Source of the DNA: Eledone cirrhosa
Lineage: Eukaryota
DNA length: 64,000 nucleotides
Reading direction: 5' to 3'
NCBI GenBank assembly: GCA_964016885.1
Contig: OZ024760.1
Coordinates: 1,736,001-1,800,000, forward strand
The position numbers and the translations under genes were made by a program. Below, piece by piece: positions 58,297 through 64,000 of this stretch. Below the pieces are notes generated by a model, which worked only from the letters and a program-made list of their open reading frames with translations, searched no databases and was not told the DNA's origin. The number at the start of each line of letters is the position of its first letter. Positions within the stretch are counted from its first letter, which is position 1.

Positions 58297-58892
58297 GGCA
58301 CCGAATTGGCAGATCATTAGAATACTTTATGGTATTCATTCCAGTTCTCTGTTCTCTGAGTTCAAATCGTGCCAAGGTTAACTTTGCCTTTCATCCTTTT
58401 GAGGTTGATAAAAATGTACCAGTCTAGTACTGGGGGGGATTCATCCTCTCCCTTGAAGAAATCTGTTGTACTCAGGCCTGGAGAGGGATCGGCTCTGCCA
58501 GGCATAAAATGCCCAAGAAACACTGTATGACAATTCGCCACCTCTATGACTCTCTCAGGAGTTACAGGGACCATATATATAGGAAAATGTTTGACCCCGA
58601 CGGCAGAGCTCAAGCCATTTTGACGGCTATTTCTGAGTCCAGAAATAGCTGTCAAAACGGCTTGAGCTCTGCCATCAGGGTCAAACATTTTCCTATTACC
58701 CACTCTACTTCCCTAAGTATTGAGTACTCTGATGCGTTATGGTCAATCTGGTTCCTTACCCCACCTCCTTTGTTATATATATATATAGATATATATATAT
58801 AGATATATATATATAGATATATACACACACACTCACACACTCCCATACATCCATCAATCAATAAATAGATACATAGATATCTTTATTATATA

Positions 58893-59692
58893 CTAGCATT
58901 AAAGCCTGGCGTTGCTCAGGGTCATTAAGTTACCAAAGTTAGGTTGCACCACCCATTTTATGGCAGCACTTTTTTGTCTGCCAGGCACTGGGTGAATGAA
59001 TTGCAGACCTGGAAGCATGAGCTGTGCCAGCAGTGACAATTGTAGTTTCGCCTATGAATATTATCTCTGTGCAAAAAAGTGTTGAAATTTATTGTTTCAC
59101 AGTACTTGCGCAACACGCGCGTAGACGATGCCAGCCGAACAACAGAGCTGCGATGGAGTTGTTCTGCATGGTTGTCTGTGTGATTTCTAAATTTAAGACA
59201 GTAGGGAGGGTTGTGATATGAGGGAGAGTTAGCTGTGGTTTCTAGCAGGTTTAGTGACCTCATAGAGGATATGTGTTTTCTAAATTTAAGACAGTAGGGA
59301 GTGGTGTGATATGGGGGAGAGTTAGCTGCTGTTTCTAGCAGGTTTAGTAACCTCATAGAGGATATGTGTTTTCTAAACTTAAGACAGTAGGGAGTGGTGT
59401 GAACGGACAGTATCACCACCAAGCTTGGAAAGAGAAAGTAGCAGAAAGGATGAAGTTGTATAGATTTTGAATGGTAGTAGAAAGAGTTCAGCAGTTTAAA
59501 TGAGAGAGAAAAATCGTAAAATATTGAGTTTTATCTATTTTTTGCGTAATTGTGGGTGAAATTGAAAAAATGATCTGCGTCAAGACGCAATCGAAACTAT
59601 TTCGACTACTGAATTGTAAATTTCAATTGAAGAAATTCTATATCGTAGATTTCTATAACGAAGGAGCATGACCACACACTGAGCTTTATAGA
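58893..59692 (-). mobile_element. Non-autonomous Helitron
   Basis: Minus strand A|TCTATAAAGCT ... GACCCTGAGCAACGCCAGGCTTTAATGCTAG|T, with the same 3' end as the 35890 element. Internal 93-bp tandem duplication (59184-59400). Confidence 0.72.
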
Positions 59693-60209
59693 TTATGATA
59701 CATAGAAACTACTTTTACAGGACTAAAATTGTTTTATTTGTATGAAATCATAGGACATTCCTGATGATTTCATATGAATGAAACAGTTCTAGTCCTGTAG
59801 AAGTCTTTTCTATATATATGATAAAGATGGATTATACTCTACCAATGTATTGAGTACCTTTTTTAACTGTCGTTACCCACTGACACAATTCGGCAAACTA
59901 GGTATTATATAGATAGATAGATAATTGTTTCTACTTTAGGCACAAGGCCAGCAATTACCCCAGTACATTACTGGTACTTTATTTTATCGATCCCTTAAGG
60001 ATGAAAGGCAAAGTCAACCTCGATAGATAATGGCATCTTTAAACATGTACAAATGTCTGATGATTATGTCACAAATTTAATCATTCTTTCACTCTGCACT
60101 ACCATGACAATCTGGGGAGATGGTCATAATTGGACCTTGAAACCTTAGGTAGCGTTTTTGGTTGGGTATATAAACATAAATATTATAATATTTATCATAT
60201 ATATATAAT

Positions 60210-61055
60210 CCGAAGAAGGGAGGTAGGCATAAAAGCCAAACTTGTCTTCAATTCGGTTTTCATGCCCAACCTTACATATGGTCATGAATCTTGGGTGATG
60301 ACTGAAAGAATATGATCAGGAATACAAGCGGCTGAAATAGGATTCCTCTGAAGGTTCTTTAGAGTCACGTTACTCGATAAAGTATGCAGCTCGGAGATCA
60401 GAGAGTCACTCCAGGTAGAGCCACTACTTCTCTGAATTGAAAGATCACAGCTCTGATACTATAGGCATGTGGTTAGAATGTCTCAGGAAAGAATCACTGG
60501 ACAGATTTGTTGCTCGGAGATCAGAGAGTCACTCCAGGTAGAGCCACTACTTCTCTGAATTGAGAGATCACAGCTCTGATATTACAGACATGTGGTTAGA
60601 ATGTCTCAGGAAAGAATCGCTGGACAGATTTGTAGCTCAGAGATCAAAGAGTCACTCCAGGTAGAGCCACTAGTTCTCCGAATTGAGAGATCATAGCTCC
60701 GATACTATGGACATGTGGTTAGAATGTCTCAGGAAAGAATCGCTGGACAGATTTGTAGCTCGGAGATCAGAGAGTCACTCCAGGTAGAGCCACTACTTCT
60801 CTGAATTGAGAGATCACAGCTCTGATACTATGGACATGTGGTTAGAATGTCTCAGGAAAGAATCACTGGACAGATTTTATGAGCAAAACCAACAGGAGAC
60901 CTAGGGGTAGACCCCGTGCAAGATGTTTGGATAACAGGATAACATCCATGAGCTTGGCTGGTCTCACTTGGAGATCCAGCCAGATCAGTTGAAGAGGGTT
61001 GCTTCAGACAGGACTTGAGGGAGTGTGTGAGGACTCTGCCCCAATGACCATCTCA
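60210..61055 (+). mobile_element. Decayed RTE LINE 3' part with a 123-bp x4 internal array (60388-60877)
   Basis: FNSVFMPNLTYGHESWVMTERI, homologous to the 22845 fragment. Period 123. Confidence 0.82.
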
Positions 61056-61376
61056 GGAATAGGTGGGAGAAGAAAAAGAAGGATATATATGTATATATAT
61101 ATATGCGCGCGTGTGTGTGTGGCATTTTTACATCTGCCTTTTCATAATGGCATGTCTATGCGTAGGCAAACTCACACACACATATTTAATGTATAAATAC
61201 AAACACACACATGTAACCACACACTGACATACACATATATAAACTTACATATATACATATACACACATACATTCATATCTAACCAGGATTTATATGACAT
61301 GGGTATCGACTTGAGTGTATATTCTCAAATGTTTAAAAGAATAATAAAAAACATAAATACATATATATACATATAT

Positions 61377-61435
<59 letters not shown>

Positions 61436-61464
61436 TACACATATATATATACACATACATATAC

Positions 61465-61517
<53 letters not shown>

Positions 61518-61677
61518 TATATATATACACATACATATACATATATACATATATATATTTACACACACATATATATATATATATACACACACATATATAT
61601 ACACACAAACACATTGACATATATACATACATATTTACATATATATACATATATATACATATATATATATATATATG

Positions 61678-61751
<74 letters not shown>

Positions 61752-61802
61752 AATATATATATATATTTATATATATATATATACATATTTACATATATAT
61801 AC

Positions 61803-61857
<55 letters not shown>

Positions 61858-61953
61858 CACATATATATAAAAATGTATAAAACATGATTTTTTCCAGATT
61901 AATTTTGATTCGTGAGAAATCTTTCCCCAAAGGACCACAGCAATCTCTTAACT

Positions 61954-61996
<43 letters not shown>

Positions 61997-62169
61997 TAGA
62001 TAGATAGAGAGAGAGAGAGAGGTTTCAAAACCAGAAAGTACCAAAATGTCTTTTAGCAGATGTTGTCTATGGTACTGGTATGGTATGGTATGAGGGGGGA
62101 GGCGAGAAATGTTGGATGCTGAATTCACTTTATGGGAAAACTAGTTTAACATTTTTGGTAATATTGTAG

Positions 62170-64000
62170 TTGTTGATGTTGTGAAGTGGACGCTTCATGT
62201 TTGTGACAGGAGTTTTGTTGTCGTCGTGAAGTGGACACTACATGTTTGTGACACAAGTTTTGTTGTTGTGAAGTGGAAGCTACATGTTTGTGACACGAGT
62301 TTTGTTGTTGTTGTGAAGTGGACGCATCATGTTTGTGACACGAGTTTTGTTGTTGTGGTGAAGTGGACGCATCATGTTTGTGACACGAGTTTTGTTGTTG
62401 TCGTGGAGTGGACGCTACATGTTTGTGACACAAGTTTTGTTGTTGTCGTGAAGTGGACACTACATGTTTGTGACACGAGTTTTGTTGTTGTCGTGAAGTG
62501 GACACTACATGTTTGTGACAAGTTTTGTTGTTGTCGTGAAGTGGACACTATATGTTTGTGACACGTGTTTTGTTGTTGTCGTGAAGTGGACGCTACATGT
62601 TTGTGACACAAGTTTTGTTGTTGTTGTGAAGTGGACGCTACATGTTTGTGACACGAGTTTTGTTGTTGTCGTGAAGTGGACGCTACATGTTTGTGACACG
62701 AGTTTTGTTGTCGTCGTGAAGTGGACACTACATGTTTGTGACACAAGTTTTGTTGTTGTCGTGAAGTGGACGCTACATGTTTGTGACACGAGTTTTGTTG
62801 TTGTTGTGAAGTGGACGCTACATGTTTGTGACACGAGTTTTGTTGATGTGGTGAAGTGGACGCATCATGTTTGTGACACGAGTTTTGTTGTTGTTGTGAA
62901 GTGGACGCTACATGTTTGTGACACAAGTTTTGTTGTTGTCGTGAAGTGGACACTACATGTTTGTGACACGAGTTTTGTTGTTGTCGTGAAGTGGACACTA
63001 CATGTTTGTGACACAAGTTTTGTTGTTGTTGTGAAGTGGACACTATATGTTTGTGACACGTGTTTTGTTGTTGTCGTGAAGTGGCCGCTACATGTTTGTG
63101 ACACGAGTTTTGTTGTTGTTGGTAAGTGGACGCTACATGTTTGTGACACGAGTTTTGTTGTCGTCGTGAAGTGGACACTACATGTTTGTGACACAAGTTT
63201 TGTTGTTGTGAAGTGGAAGCTACATGTTTGTGACACGAGTTTTGTTGATGTGGTCAAGTGGACGCATCATGTTTGTGACACGAGTTTTGTTGTTGTGGTG
63301 AAGTGGACGCATCATGTTTGTGACACGAGTTTTGTTGTTGTGAAGTGGACGCATCATGTTTGTGACACGAGTTTTGTTGTTGTTGTGAAGTGGACGCTAC
63401 ATGTTTGTGACACAAGTTTTGTTGTTGTCGTGAAGTGGACACTACATGTTTGTGACACGAGTTTTGTTGTTGTCGTGAAGTGGACACTACATGTTTGTGA
63501 CACAAGTTTTGTTGTTGTCGTGAAGTGGACACTATATGTTTGTGACACAAGTTTTGTTGTTGTCGTGAAGTGGACGCTACATGTTTGTGACACGAGTTTT
63601 AACGTTGTTGTGAAGTGGACGCTACATGTTTGTGACACGTGTTTTGTTGTTGTGGTGAAGTGGACACTACATGTTTGTGACACGAGTTTTGTTGTTGTGG
63701 TGAAGTGGACACTACATGTCTGTGACACGAGTTTTGTTGTTGTTGTGAAGTGGACGCTACATGTTTGTGACACGAGTTTTGTTGTTGCTGGAAGTGGACG
63801 CTACATGTTTGTGACACGTGTTTTGTTGTTGTTGTGAAGTGGATGCTACATGTTCGTGACACAAGTTTTGTTGTTGTGGTGAAGTGGACACTATATGTTT
63901 GTGACACGTGTTTTGTTGTTGTCGTGAAGTGGACGCTACATGTTTGTGACACAAGTTTTGTTGTGGTGAAGTGGACACTACATGTCTGTGACACGAGTTT
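62170..64000. repeat. 45-bp (sometimes 42-bp) tandem satellite, about 40 copies, running off the window end
   Basis: Unit GTGAAGTGGACGCTACATGTTTGTGACACGAGTTTTGTTGTTGTC. Confidence 0.96.

Noticed and set aside
62170-64000. Long repetitive ORFs or CRISPR in the 45-bp array
   Set aside because: A period divisible by 3 keeps frames open on both strands. There are no spacers and no coding evidence.

Overview
This is eukaryotic, microsatellite-saturated genomic DNA. The SINE/LINE content resembles an octopod cephalopod (inference). Nearly all ORF-track entries are artefacts of simple repeats. The only host coding sequence found is two in-phase exons of an otoferlin-type ferlin gene on the minus strand (43179-43369 and 16553-16734), separated by a 26.4 kb intron, so the whole window is probably intragenic. 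The introns contain RTE, R4/Dong-like and L1/Tx1-like LINE fragments, two tRNA-derived SINE families, two non-autonomous Helitrons, MITEs and several satellites amplified from retroelement fragments. The main signal is a set of about ten minimal type I hammerhead ribozyme motifs (stem I - CUGANGA - stem II - GAAA - very short, often palindromic stem III - UH) of several sequence types. They sit in short TA-flanked elements that repeatedly form inverted/foldback structures, as expected for Penelope-type pLTR or retrozyme-like elements. Several are in the sense orientation of the otoferlin pre-mRNA, and others have lost half of the catalytic core to palindrome formation. A second signal is a tandem array of about 10 copies of the otoferlin 5' splice site directly behind the real donor. 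All folds and alignments were done by eye.
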